DNA of 64,000 bases from Paramoeba atlantica. Lineage: Eukaryota > Protista > Discosea. A program made the translations under genes and the position numbers. Within the stretch, counting starts at the first letter, position 1, and every line of letters begins with the position of its first letter. Positions 41,572-51,287 of the stretch are shown here, one piece after another. The notes beneath the pieces are model-generated. The model saw nothing but the letters and a program-made list of their open reading frames with translations, made no database searches and was not told the DNA's origin. The stretch covers positions 682,001-746,000 of the forward strand of contig CDRNVI010000021.1 in NCBI GenBank assembly GCA_977017575.1, in the 5' to 3' direction.

Positions 41572-42186
41572 GCCAACTAGGTTCTTCGTCGTAACATTTT
41601 TATCTTTTGAGCATATTTTTCGAATTACAAATTCAGTTCAGTTTGTGCGTTAATTTTATAAATACATTCTTGATTCCACCGAAGTAGTCAATCTCATAGA
41701 CACATGTGGCCAGAGCATCCATGAGCATATGTTTAATTGGTAAGTGTGTTGTACAAATGAGATTCTTTTATAAATTGCTGCTTCTTATGAGTTGACCTTG
41801 AAATGAAAGTTTTCACACGATTAATGCTGTCATTTTTTGAATCATGACATGAGACTAGAAATGTCAAAGTATTGGAAATGCTTGAATTAAATGTTTGAAT
41901 CTTGATATTTTTTTATTGGTTGGGTTTATCATCACCAGCAAGAGGCACCCTACTTGAAGATATTAAACAAAGTGTGCGCTTAATGTACTTTCTGAACACA
42001 CGGCTACTTTGAAATAGTTATCAAACGCTCCACTCATTCCCCTGCCACGCTTTTCTTTCCCTAAGGATCCCTAAGGATGATAAATTTCTTATTTCTCATC
42101 CTTTCGTTCTCCTCTCTCTCCCTCTTCTACCTTTCCTCTCTCTCTCTTTCACCTCTCTCCCCACCCCATCCCCCTCTTCCCACCCC

Positions 42187-43830
42187 ATGCCCCCCTCCAA
42201 CCTCTACCTCTGGGGTGCCGTCGACTGGACCTCCCCCACCGAAACCACCCCCGACCCCCCCTCCCGCATCCTCGACTTCCCCCTCCACCTCCCCCTACGC
42301 GCCCCCCTCCCCGGCACCGTGCTCTCCATCGCCTGCGGGTCCCGGTTCGCCCTCCTCCTCCTCACCAACGGCACCGTCTGCGGGCTCGGCAACAACCAGC
42401 ACGGCCAGCTCGGGCTCCCCCCCTCCAGGCCCGTTGTGCCGTACCCCACGGAACTCCCCATCGGGCCCCCCGGGACACAGATCCGGGAGATCGCGGCGGG
42501 TCAGCTCCACGCGCTCGCACTCACGGCCGAGGGGGTGGTGTACAGCACCGGGGGGAATGCCGCGCGACAGCTGGGGAACACCCACGCGGGCTGTCGTCAC
42601 CGGTGGACGGTGGTGGGGATAGGGGAGGGGGGGAGGGAGAGTGTACGTGCGGTGGCGGCGGGTCGGGACTCCTCCTATGGGGTTACGACCACCGGGAAGG
42701 TGTACTCGTGGGGGGGAAACCGACAGGGGTGTTTGGGTCATGGTGAGGTGTATGGTGGCGGCAAAGGGGGGATGCAGGACGCGAGGGAGGGGGAGAAGTT
42801 CACCCCTGTGGAGCCTTCTCCTCGAGTGGTGGAATGGTTTCTGGACCGTGGAGTGCGTGTGGCGCGGATAGCGGCTGGGGCGTCTCATTTCGTGGCGATG
42901 ACAAGTGCGGGGGAGGTGTATACCTGTGGGGAGGGGGCGTTCGGTCGTCTTGGAGTCGGTAACACCGAGAATGCATGGGAGCCTGTCCATGTGACGACGT
43001 TCCCGAAGCGAAAGTACCCTGAACGCGTGGTGGGAGTTGCCGCGGGTGGGGACGTGACGTTCGTGCTACGGGAGTGTGCGGTGCTGGGTGTGATGGTCTA
43101 CCTCTTTGGGCGCATCGGGTCAGAGTTTGAAGGCTACTATTCGCCGGAAATATTTCCCGAGTTGTGCGGTCGCGAGGTTTGTGGGGTCTGTGCCGGGAAA
43201 ACTCATCAAATTGCGTGGACACGTAGTGGAGAGCTTTTCGGTTGGGGTAAGAACAGCAAATGTCCGACAAATGGTATGATTGGCGAAATTTTACATAAAG
43301 TATCACATCCGCATTCCTTTTCTCTTCTTCATAATTATCAAGTGATTGCCGCCGGATGTGGGGCGCACTACACCCTTATAGCCGTTGAACAATCCGACAA
43401 GGTCTCCCGAGAAATCGTCGTACCTTTAACCAATCGCTATTTTCAAAGAAACTTAAACTTCATCCCGTTAAGTAAAGTACCTTTTGAGAAAGCAGCCGCA
43501 GAATATCGCATTTTCATGCTTGGAGAGAAAGAAGGTTTGGCATACAATGAAACACTACCTCACCCACAGGAAGAGATGGAAAGAAACGAGGGATATGAAA
43601 AGAAAGGAGCACATGCATTGTCTGTAGGCTCCAAGGTCCGGGTCTGGGTACAGGACATTGAGGCGTTAGGCACCATTATTCGCCTACCTGGGCAAGAACA
43701 GGCAAACCCTCATGAATACGAAATTCACTGGCTTCGTGAAGATTGGGTAGATGAGGTCGTGACGCTGCCTTCAGACGATGAAACTGGGGATGTGGCTAAT
43801 ACAAATCGTTGGTTACATGGGTGGACATAA
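42187..43830 (+). CDS. RCC1/BLIP-II repeat beta-propeller protein
   Basis: IACGSRFALLL..G.VCGLGNNQHGQLG, IAAGQLHALALT.EG.VYSTG, VAAGRDSS...G.VYSWG.N..GCLG, IAAGASH...GEVYTCGEG.FGRLG. Confidence 0.92.
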   Translation: MPPSNLYLWGAVDWTSPTETTPDPPSRILDFPLHLPLRAPLPGTVLSIACGSRFALLLLTNGTVCGLGNNQHGQLGLPPSRPVVPYPTELPIGPPGTQIREIAAGQLHALALTAEGVVYSTGGNAARQLGNTHAGCRHRWTVVGIGEGGRESVRAVAAGRDSSYGVTTTGKVYSWGGNRQGCLGHGEVYGGGKGGMQDAREGEKFTPVEPSPRVVEWFLDRGVRVARIAAGASHFVAMTSAGEVYTCGEGAFGRLGVGNTENAWEPVHVTTFPKRKYPERVVGVAAGGDVTFVLRECAVLGVMVYLFGRIGSEFEGYYSPEIFPELCGREVCGVCAGKTHQIAWTRSGELFGWGKNSKCPTNGMIGEILHKVSHPHSFSLLHNYQVIAAGCGAHYTLIAVEQSDKVSREIVVPLTNRYFQRNLNFIPLSKVPFEKAAAEYRIFMLGEKEGLAYNETLPHPQEEMERNEGYEKKGAHALSVGSKVRVWVQDIEALGTIIRLPGQEQANPHEYEIHWLREDWVDEVVTLPSDDETGDVANTNRWLHGWT

Positions 43831-44138
43831 CCCAGGGCACAGTTACTTATTACAATTTTTCTTGTTTATTCTAAACCACCGTCCGGGCTATTGACCCCGG
43901 GACACGATAAGTCACTCCCTTCTAAAATTTGGTTGCTTTGTCCGTTTGGGCTAATTTTTTTTGCTTTTTGCAGATCTCGGTGACGCTTGTTTGCGCATGT
44001 CATATAGAGAATAGAACTGAGGACCAACCCAGGCTAAAGTGGACGAGGTGGATACTAAAGGCATCTTTGGAAAACCACCACAAAACTGGAACGGTATCTC
44101 CCGTTAAAGACCCTTTTGTCACATCAGAATGCTCTATC

Positions 44139-44339
44139 TTTTTTAGGCTCTTCGTTAACCCCCCACCCCCCAAACCCCCATTCATTTTTCATTTTTGGAC
44201 CACCGGAGCCCCCTTTTATATTTTTTTCCTTTGTTATAAACCTTCCTTTACTACTGTGTTCCTCTTTATATTTTCACCGTTTTTGTTCACTTTTTTTCAA
44301 TAATCGAGGGTAGAGCGGTAGTTTTACAACCACCGCAAT
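44139..44339. mobile_element. Internally deleted 201-bp copy of the ~0.94-kb array unit retaining both ends
   Basis: Starts TTTTTTAGGCTCTTCGTTAA and ends GAGCGGTAGTTTTACAACCACCGCAAT, as the units at 52.3-57.6 kb do, with different flanks. Confidence 0.8.
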
Positions 44340-44990
44340 GTTCCCTTAATTGTTTTGCAGGAATCAAGTTGAAAATAGCCCAAGATCACGAGATAAGTAT
44401 AGGGGGGACCACCCATTATCACACTTTTTTCGGTGCGATAATAAGCGAATTGTGTGATAACAAGTGAAATTTCGAGAAAGTGAGTTAATAAGTGGATACT
44501 TCACGTATTACAACGTTTTGGTTGCATATTGCAATTTTTTGACCTAAACTATGAAATATTGGTATGTGGGCTCAGCGGGGGTTGGCGGCACCTGGGCCAT
44601 GGGCGGAAAAAATAATTATTAATTACCTGAAAATGCCAAAACTAGACGAAAAATAATTATTCCCTTAATTGGCGTTCCCTTATTTAATGTGTCTCTTAAT
44701 TAATGTTTCCACGGTAATTATGGTATTATTTAATTCTTTTTTAGGCTCTTCGTTAAACGCGATGTTTGTTTTCAACTTAGAAGTCACTCATGCTGCGCGC
44801 TTCGCGTTGAAAACTACCGCCGCGTTTAACGAAGAGCCTAAAAAAGAAAATTCGACCTGGAAAGCCGAAGAAAACGGAAGGATTTGAGCCAAAAATATCC
44901 GATTTTTAGGTAAAAATAGGGCCATGTTTGCGTATTTTTGCTCTCAGGGCACTAAATTCGACTTGCGTATGGGAAATCACTCGTAGGGCC

Positions 44991-46552
44991 TACCTATGTG
45001 TTCTATGAACACTTTTTTTTGTTTATTGAACACATAGAACGCATTGAACACTTTTTGGGGAGGTACACATCCCACGAACATGTTGACTATTTTTCATAAA
45101 CCTTTTTTGTTTGCGCATATCCAAGTGATTACACATGCCCTAGCTATGCAGTATAAGAATACCGCGGTATGAGGTTCTCTCTTAGTACGCGTGGCAGCTT
45201 TTTTTGTACTCGCCGAACGTAATGCATTTCTTATTTCAAAATATTTTTGTTGTTGTTGTTATAAAAAACTATTGTTTCCCGCATTTAGTCAAGCAGATCT
45301 ATTACCCTCAACAATTTCTAATGAGAGGACGAGGTCCCACAGGAACCTTTCGTTCCCGTTGAAGAAAAATGGGGAACCACCCCAATCGATTACATGGGGA
45401 ACCAATCCAAATCCAAAAATAAATTTTTTGTTGTCGTCATTTCCACAAAACATTCTTTTTGCACTGTGAATACATTATATGCATTAAAACCGTTCGTGTG
45501 CCGAATTGATTAAACGCCTAACACGTGTTCGGACCAGCCTAACTGGGGGTTGGGGCCTCTTCGTGGTCCCCCTTGACGCTGGAATCATATCGATGGCACA
45601 GACTCGCACCACCTATTCTGCAATGTACCTACATGTACGTGAGGATCTAGGTCGTGTAGTACCATCTGGGGCCATACAGGGGTGAAAACTTCCATCTGGG
45701 GAGGGGTCTAAAATTTGCAAACACTTTTCAATTTCGGAAAATAATACCGCATTCGAGAGCTCTCGCAGAGTTGTATGTCTTTGCACTGGTAGCTTTTGAC
45801 ATATCAAATTAGAACTCCAAATACCGAATAGGCCAAAAAAGCAAATGGTCACTTAAAGAGTAATAAAAAATCTCAGATATTTTTAGGAAACATTATTTTA
45901 AAACCCGTATTGCATCCACAATATGCACCCTTCTTTTCTACGATCATTCTACAACGTTTTCTGAAGTTTTTAAACTTATTATCAAACTTATCTTTGTCTT
46001 TTGCCTGAAGTTTGTCGTAAAAAACATGAATCGTTCCACAGTTCCCTAGTGGACCCAAACACTGGTAAGTCCGGGAATAAGACTGTGTTTTCTCGAAGTC
46101 GGCCACAAGAAGTAATCTTTGGTGTTCTTTAATCTTCCTGGCAAAGCATGAGAACGGGCGTTCGAAACACCATGAGAATTCCTTGAGCGAACTCGCTTTT
46201 GGGGCGTAAAATGGGGCAAAAATGAAAAATTGCCATATTTTCACAAGAATAAAAACATGTTTTTTTCTCATCGGGTTAAATCTTTCAAGCCGAGCGTTCC
46301 GAATACGCCAAAGACATACAACTCTGCGAGACCTCTCCAATGCGCTATTATTTTCCAAAATTGGACAATTTTTACAAAATTTAGACCCCCCTCAGATGGA
46401 AATTTTCACCCCTGTATGAATGAAACAAAGCTTCAAAAAAAATTGTTTGTACGTCACGAAAAAAAATCGAAAAAGTGTTCTATTGGTTCATAAAAGTGCT
46501 CATTGAACCATAGAACCACTGAACACACACAAATTCATAGAACACATAGGTA
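44991..46552. mobile_element. Non-autonomous TIR element with TA target duplication
   Basis: TA-CCTATGTGTTCTATGAA (44991) ... TTCATAGAACACATAGG-TA (46552); repeated subterminal GAACAC motifs; no coding capacity of its own. Confidence 0.75.
45675..46416 (-). mobile_element. Internally deleted Tc1/mariner-type transposon (738 bp) nested in the previous element
   Basis: TA-CAGGGGTGAAAA ... TTTTCACCCCTG-TA with ~105-bp imperfect TIRs (45677-45783 and 46309-46414); minus-strand remnant ending RCRMIVEKKGAYCG resembles the Tc1 transposase C-terminus. A related TIR fragment starts at 46831 (TACAGGGGTG). Confidence 0.8.
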
Positions 46553-48039
46553 TGGTAGGCATGCATTCAAGGGTACAGAACGTATTGCGTAAAGAATGCG
46601 ACTCCAACTACACCATTCGTCCGACACAAAAAAGCCCCTTGGGGTCCAAAAAATACCTTTTCGCATTTTTTGGTCCAGAATGGGTCATTTTGGGAGGCGT
46701 ACCAAGGCTGGAAGAAGTGATATCCTGCGAAAAAAACTTTAGTTTACTTTATTTTTCCTTTTCACTTTTTTAAAGGGACTGACGGCTCTTTAGCACATTT
46801 ACATTTTGAACGTACACATCCTATGTTACATACAGGGGTGGCTAATTTTGGAAAATAGTACGCATTCGAGTGCTCTCGAACAGACGAACAGTCCTTGCCA
46901 TCCCATTGGGTAAATCAAGCTCAGATCGGAGCCGTCGCTTCAAAACGACCACATCCAATTTCCCGTTTGTTAAAAACGAGTTCCGTGACAAAACATTTCG
47001 CAAGGTAAATGGTTCTTCGGACTCTTTCTCTTCGGCTGCATCTTCATCTTCAAGTCCCCAATAGTCCTCTACACTGCTGGTAATGCTCCCTCTCCACGTA
47101 TGAAGAAACGCGGACGTCCAGAAGGATCACAGGCTCCCCCACGTACAGTCGAACCTCATATTTGGAGGACTTAAAACCGCTTTTTACAGTTTTAAAGTTT
47201 TTACAGTAAAGAACTGACAGCTTTTTAAGTGCTCTATACCAACTAAGAAGCCCCTTAAACTACCGTACGTACTTCTAAAGACGACATTTTTACTTGCGTT
47301 TTTCTCCTATTTAAATATTATAGCGTTAACGCTATATTATTTAAATACAAACTTTAACACTATATTATTTAAATAGCGATTTAAATAATACACCGTTCCC
47401 CGGGTTATATTACTGTGTTCCTCTTTATATTTTCACTGTTTTTGTTCACTTTTTTTTCAATAATGGAGTGTAGAGCGATAGTTATACAACCACCGCAATT
47501 GAGGGAGATACGGTGAGTATCTAACTCGCTTACTAAGGTTAATTCCGCGAGCTCAAAATGGGCATAAAACGAGCACAAAAACAATTTTTTTTAAAATTTT
47601 AAAAACAGAGGTATGGCTCATCAATGAATCTCTGTAATACTCCAAAAATGAAAACAATCGAGTCCGGTCAGCAGTTTTTAGAATCCTTTTACGAAAACGG
47701 CGACTCGGAATGCGGCTCAGAGGCGGACAATTCAAATCCATAAAAACGCGAAGATCCTTGATTATATTCCCAAAATTGACAGACTACAGCTGTTTCAAAG
47801 TTTGTGGAATATTTTTGAGCTCCTAAACTAACTTTCAGAATTATTGTTTTTTTTGAAACGCATTTCACTCGCCGACGGCATAACAAATGAACGAAAAAAA
47901 GGTATGATTTTCTCAGCCTTGGAAAAGTGGCCAGCTGGCCCCTGGCACAATGGTGAGCCGGCCACCGCCTCTAAAAATGGCCGGCTGACTACCAAAAATT
48001 GCAATTTGTATTTCGTATACGTAAGATGAATGGCAGCGT

Positions 48040-48935
48040 CCAAAAAAAAGCCGCAAGCTGGCCACCTCCTGCATGAAAGGGCAGCTGGCCACTTTTTCAG
48101 GGGGTGGCCAGCTGACCACTTTTTCAGTGGGTGGCCACTGAAACGCATCTGGCCAGGTGGCCACTTTTTCGAGTGGTGGCCAGCTGGCCACTTTTTCGGA
48201 GGGCGGCCAGGTGACCACATTTTCAGTGGATGGCCAGGTGGCCACTTTTTCAGTGGATGGTCAAGTGGGCCAACTTTTCCAGAGGGTGGCCAGGTGGCCA
48301 CTTTTTCAGAGGGTGGCCAGGTGGGCCAACTTTTCCAGATGGTGACCAGGTGGCCACTTTTTCAGTGGGTGGCCAGCGGGCCACTTTTTCAGAGGGTGGT
48401 CAGCTGACCACTTTTTCAGGGGGCGGCCAGGTGACCACATTTTCAGTGGATGGCCAGGTGGCCACTTTTTCAGTGGATGGCCAGCTGGCCACTTTTTCAG
48501 AGGGTTGCCAAGTGGGCGAACTTTTCCAGAGGGTGACCAGGTGGCCACTTTTTCAGAGGGTGGCCAAGTGGGTCAACTTTTTCAGGGGGCGGCCAGGTGA
48601 CCACTTTTTCAGTGGATGGCCAGCTGGCCACTTTTTCTTAGGGTGGCCAGCTGGCCACTTTTTCAGTGGGTGGCCAGGTGGCCACTTTTTCAGAGGGTGG
48701 CCAGCGGGCCAGTTTTTCAGGGGGCGGCCAGGTGACCACTTTTTCAGTGGATGGCCAGCTGGCCACTTTTTCAGAGAGTGGCCAGCTGACCACTTTTTCA
48801 GTGGGTGGCCAGGTGGCCACTTTTTCAGAGGGTGGCCAGGTGGCCACATTTTCAGTGGGTGGCCAACTGGGCAATTTTTCAGAGGGTGGCCAGCTGGCCA
48901 CTTTTTCAGGGGGTGGCCAGCTGACCACTTTGTCA
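48040..48935. repeat. 27-bp satellite array (~33 units)
   Basis: Consensus near TGGCCAG(C/G)TGGCCACTTTTTCAG(A/T/G)GG(G/A); gives the spurious 9-aa repeat ORFs (FSEGGQVAT). Inverted degenerate units at ~47920-47995. Confidence 0.95.
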
Positions 48936-49036
48936 GAAGCCAATTTTGAGAAGAAGGTTGGCATTGTTTTGCCAATTCTTACTGCGAGAACGCCCACGAA
49001 ATTTACTGATCGATACGACAAAACTGTTTTTGTAGT

Positions 49037-49244
49037 ATCCAGGTATAAAGGGGCGAGGGAGATACGAAGCAACAGATGTAGTAGATGCCGACTGAAAAGA
49101 AATCGTATCTCCCTGCACGAAGTTGGCTGCAATCTAGCAAGCGCATATTGTAGGCATTTCTCGTGCAGGGAGATGTGATTTCTTTTCTGTGGGAATCTGC
49201 TACATCTGTTGCTTCGTATCTCCCTCGCCCCTTTATACCTGGAT
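49037..49244. mobile_element. 208-bp foldback (MITE-like) element
   Basis: ATCCAGGTATAAAGGGGCGAGGGAGATACGAAGCAACAGATGTAG pairs perfectly with the right end; an inner pair GAAAAGAAATC..ATCTCCCTGCACGA / TCGTGCAGGGAGAT..GATTTCTTTTC leaves a ~40-nt loop. Confidence 0.85.
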
Positions 49245-49377
49245 TACCAATTTAATATTAAATTCAAATTTGATTTCACTTATCACTATGGCGGAACTAA
49301 GCCCGGTTTACTTCAAAAGTAAATGACACCTTCTCTAATAATCACTTTTACCTCCGTTTATATTAAAATTATACATT

Positions 49378-50046
49378 ATGGGCCTTTCTCACTCCAGTGG
49401 CTTGTCTCGAGATATGGAGCTGGAAAGAATCGCTAAGCAAAGAACTCTTGCGAAAGCGATTATTAATAAAAATCGTCAAAATTTGCAAATTGGTCTGCAA
49501 GGGATTCAAAAAAGTCAGCAATTTTACTATGTAGGAGTCTCCTATTACGCTTTGAGTATGGTCGGTTTCTCATTATCGATGTTAGGAGCCCGCACTAAGT
49601 TTCCTTCCCTTCAAAAGATTCCATGGATCGCCTTTACTGTGTCTGGCTATCTTTTAGGTGGTCAATTCTGGACGTTGCACCAGTACTATTTTCGTCATTC
49701 TGCTGCGTTGCTCGTGGAATCGATGAAAACAGAAATGAACGAAAAAATAGAGCAATGTCCTTATCTATCTCAATATCGTGCTGAGATCAGTGCATTGGAC
49801 AAGATACGGAAAGATTACCACTTGCCAAAAATTGAAAGTAAATCGAGCAAACAAAATTTCGGTATGGGTTTGTTTTCTCCTTCTCATATATCTTCAACGA
49901 TTGAATCTAAGTCTAACAATTTTCCAACCGAAAATACCATGGCATCAGAAGATCCGATGCGAAGTATAGAGGACGACATAGTCTCGCAGGTCTTGGAGCG
50001 AAATAAAGCGATGAATGCAGCCATTAATGTAAAATACAATTCTTAG
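49378..50046 (+). CDS. Hypothetical 222-aa protein with about two predicted membrane segments
   Basis: Intact ATG-to-stop ORF in unique sequence; hydrophobic stretches YYVGVSYYALSMVGFSLSML and IPWIAFTVSGYLLGG. Confidence 0.7.
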   Translation: MGLSHSSGLSRDMELERIAKQRTLAKAIINKNRQNLQIGLQGIQKSQQFYYVGVSYYALSMVGFSLSMLGARTKFPSLQKIPWIAFTVSGYLLGGQFWTLHQYYFRHSAALLVESMKTEMNEKIEQCPYLSQYRAEISALDKIRKDYHLPKIESKSSKQNFGMGLFSPSHISSTIESKSNNFPTENTMASEDPMRSIEDDIVSQVLERNKAMNAAINVKYNS

Positions 50047-50344
50047 TCACCGTCTACTTTAAAAGCATAGAAAATTCATGCGCAGAAATTTTATGCGTAA
50101 TCACATAATTTCTGATAACATTTTTTGCAGTCTTTTAAACTTTGTCTTTTGTGTTATGTTAGCACTCTTTGCTAAAAAAGTTAGCCTGAATTGTGGGAGA
50201 TACTATAGTACCGGATGCCCCCCAGTAAAAGAATGGTTTTTGGGTCGAAATGGCCAAATCTCTCTTACTGGGGGGGGTATGCTTTTTTGGCCAGTTTCCT
50301 CTTTTCTCCCAACTTTTGTCTAGTTTTTAACCCGGGGAACGGTA

Positions 50345-50640
50345 TATTATTCAATAACGCTACATTATTCAAATTACACTACATTATTCAAATTAACACT
50401 ATATTATTCAATTTAACACTATATTATTCAAATAACGCTATAATATTGAAATCGCCAATTTTTGGCATGATGGACCGGATTTTAGACAAACTTTTGCATT
50501 ACCATCCACCAAAATCGCATTTTTCGCTACTCACGGCGCTACTTTATTCAAATTAACACTATAATATTCAAATTAACACTATATTATTCAAATAACGCTA
50601 TATTATTCAAATAGAGCCGCATAATGCTATATTATTCAAA
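50345..50640. repeat. AT-rich ~19-20-bp satellite (AA(A/T)TAAC(G/A)CTATATTATTC)
   Basis: About 10 degenerate copies in two blocks (~50345-50455, ~50540-50640); related units at ~47315-47390. Confidence 0.85.
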
Positions 50641-51171
50641 CTTTTTTAGGCTGTTCGTTAAACGCGGTGGTTGTTTTCAACTTAGAAGCCACTCATGCTG
50701 CGCGTTTCGCGTTGAAAACTACCGCCGCGTTTAACGAAGAGCCTAAAAAAGAAAAATCGCGAAAAGATCATGCATATTCGATTTTTTAGGGGGAAAAACC
50801 TCGATTTTTCGGCAAAAAATGCGAAATTTTAAACCGAATTTATGCCGTTTTTGATGCCTTCCCAGTAGGAGACGGATCTGACGAAAAAAACGTCGTAGAA
50901 TGGTAGCTGAGGTCCCATACTCCTAAAACACGTTTTAGGAATCGATTTTGGAAAAATAATATGTTTACTTTTTTTGGGGTCAAAAAGAAATTTTTTTGGT
51001 CACCCCAAAAGTTTCGGAAATTTTGACCTTGTCGGACCCCTCCTGCGCGTACCAGGGGGGGGCGGAAAATTATCGCCGCGGCCTACTCTACCACTTCCCT
51101 GCGCTCGATTTCGAAAAACAAAAAAATCGAAAAAAAAATCGCGACGTATGCCCCCCCTGGACCCCCCACTC

Positions 51172-51258
51172 GCACCCTTATCTGTCATAAACGCGGCACC
51201 CTTATCTGTCATAGAAACTCGCATCCTTATCTGTCATACAGCACCCTTATCTGTCATA
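51172..51258 (+). repeat. Four spaced direct repeats of GCA(C/T)CCTTATCTGTCATA
   Basis: Copies start at 51172, 51196, 51221 and 51241. Confidence 0.9.
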
Positions 51259-51287
51259 ATAAATTTTCCACAGTTATTCGCGAAAAC

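Larger units (their letters stand above)
44737..46770. repeat. Diverged copy of the ~0.94-kb unit, split by a 1.56-kb insertion
   Basis: Long palindrome at ~44737-44850; unit sequence runs to GGGAAATCACTCGTAGG (~44987) and resumes GTAGGCATG...GAATGCGACTCCAAC at ~46555. Confidence 0.8.

Noticed and set aside
46979-46996. 14-bp identity GTTCCGTGACAAAA with ~52159
   Set aside because: Several such matches are expected by chance in 64 kb, and the flanks do not align.
46870-47050. Minus-strand peptide KLDVVVLKRRLRSELDLPNG, vaguely SAP-domain-like
   Set aside because: Short, no start or context, and the similarity is too weak to support.
48040-48935. CRISPR array
   Set aside because: Contiguous 27-bp units with no unique spacers, no cas genes, eukaryotic context.
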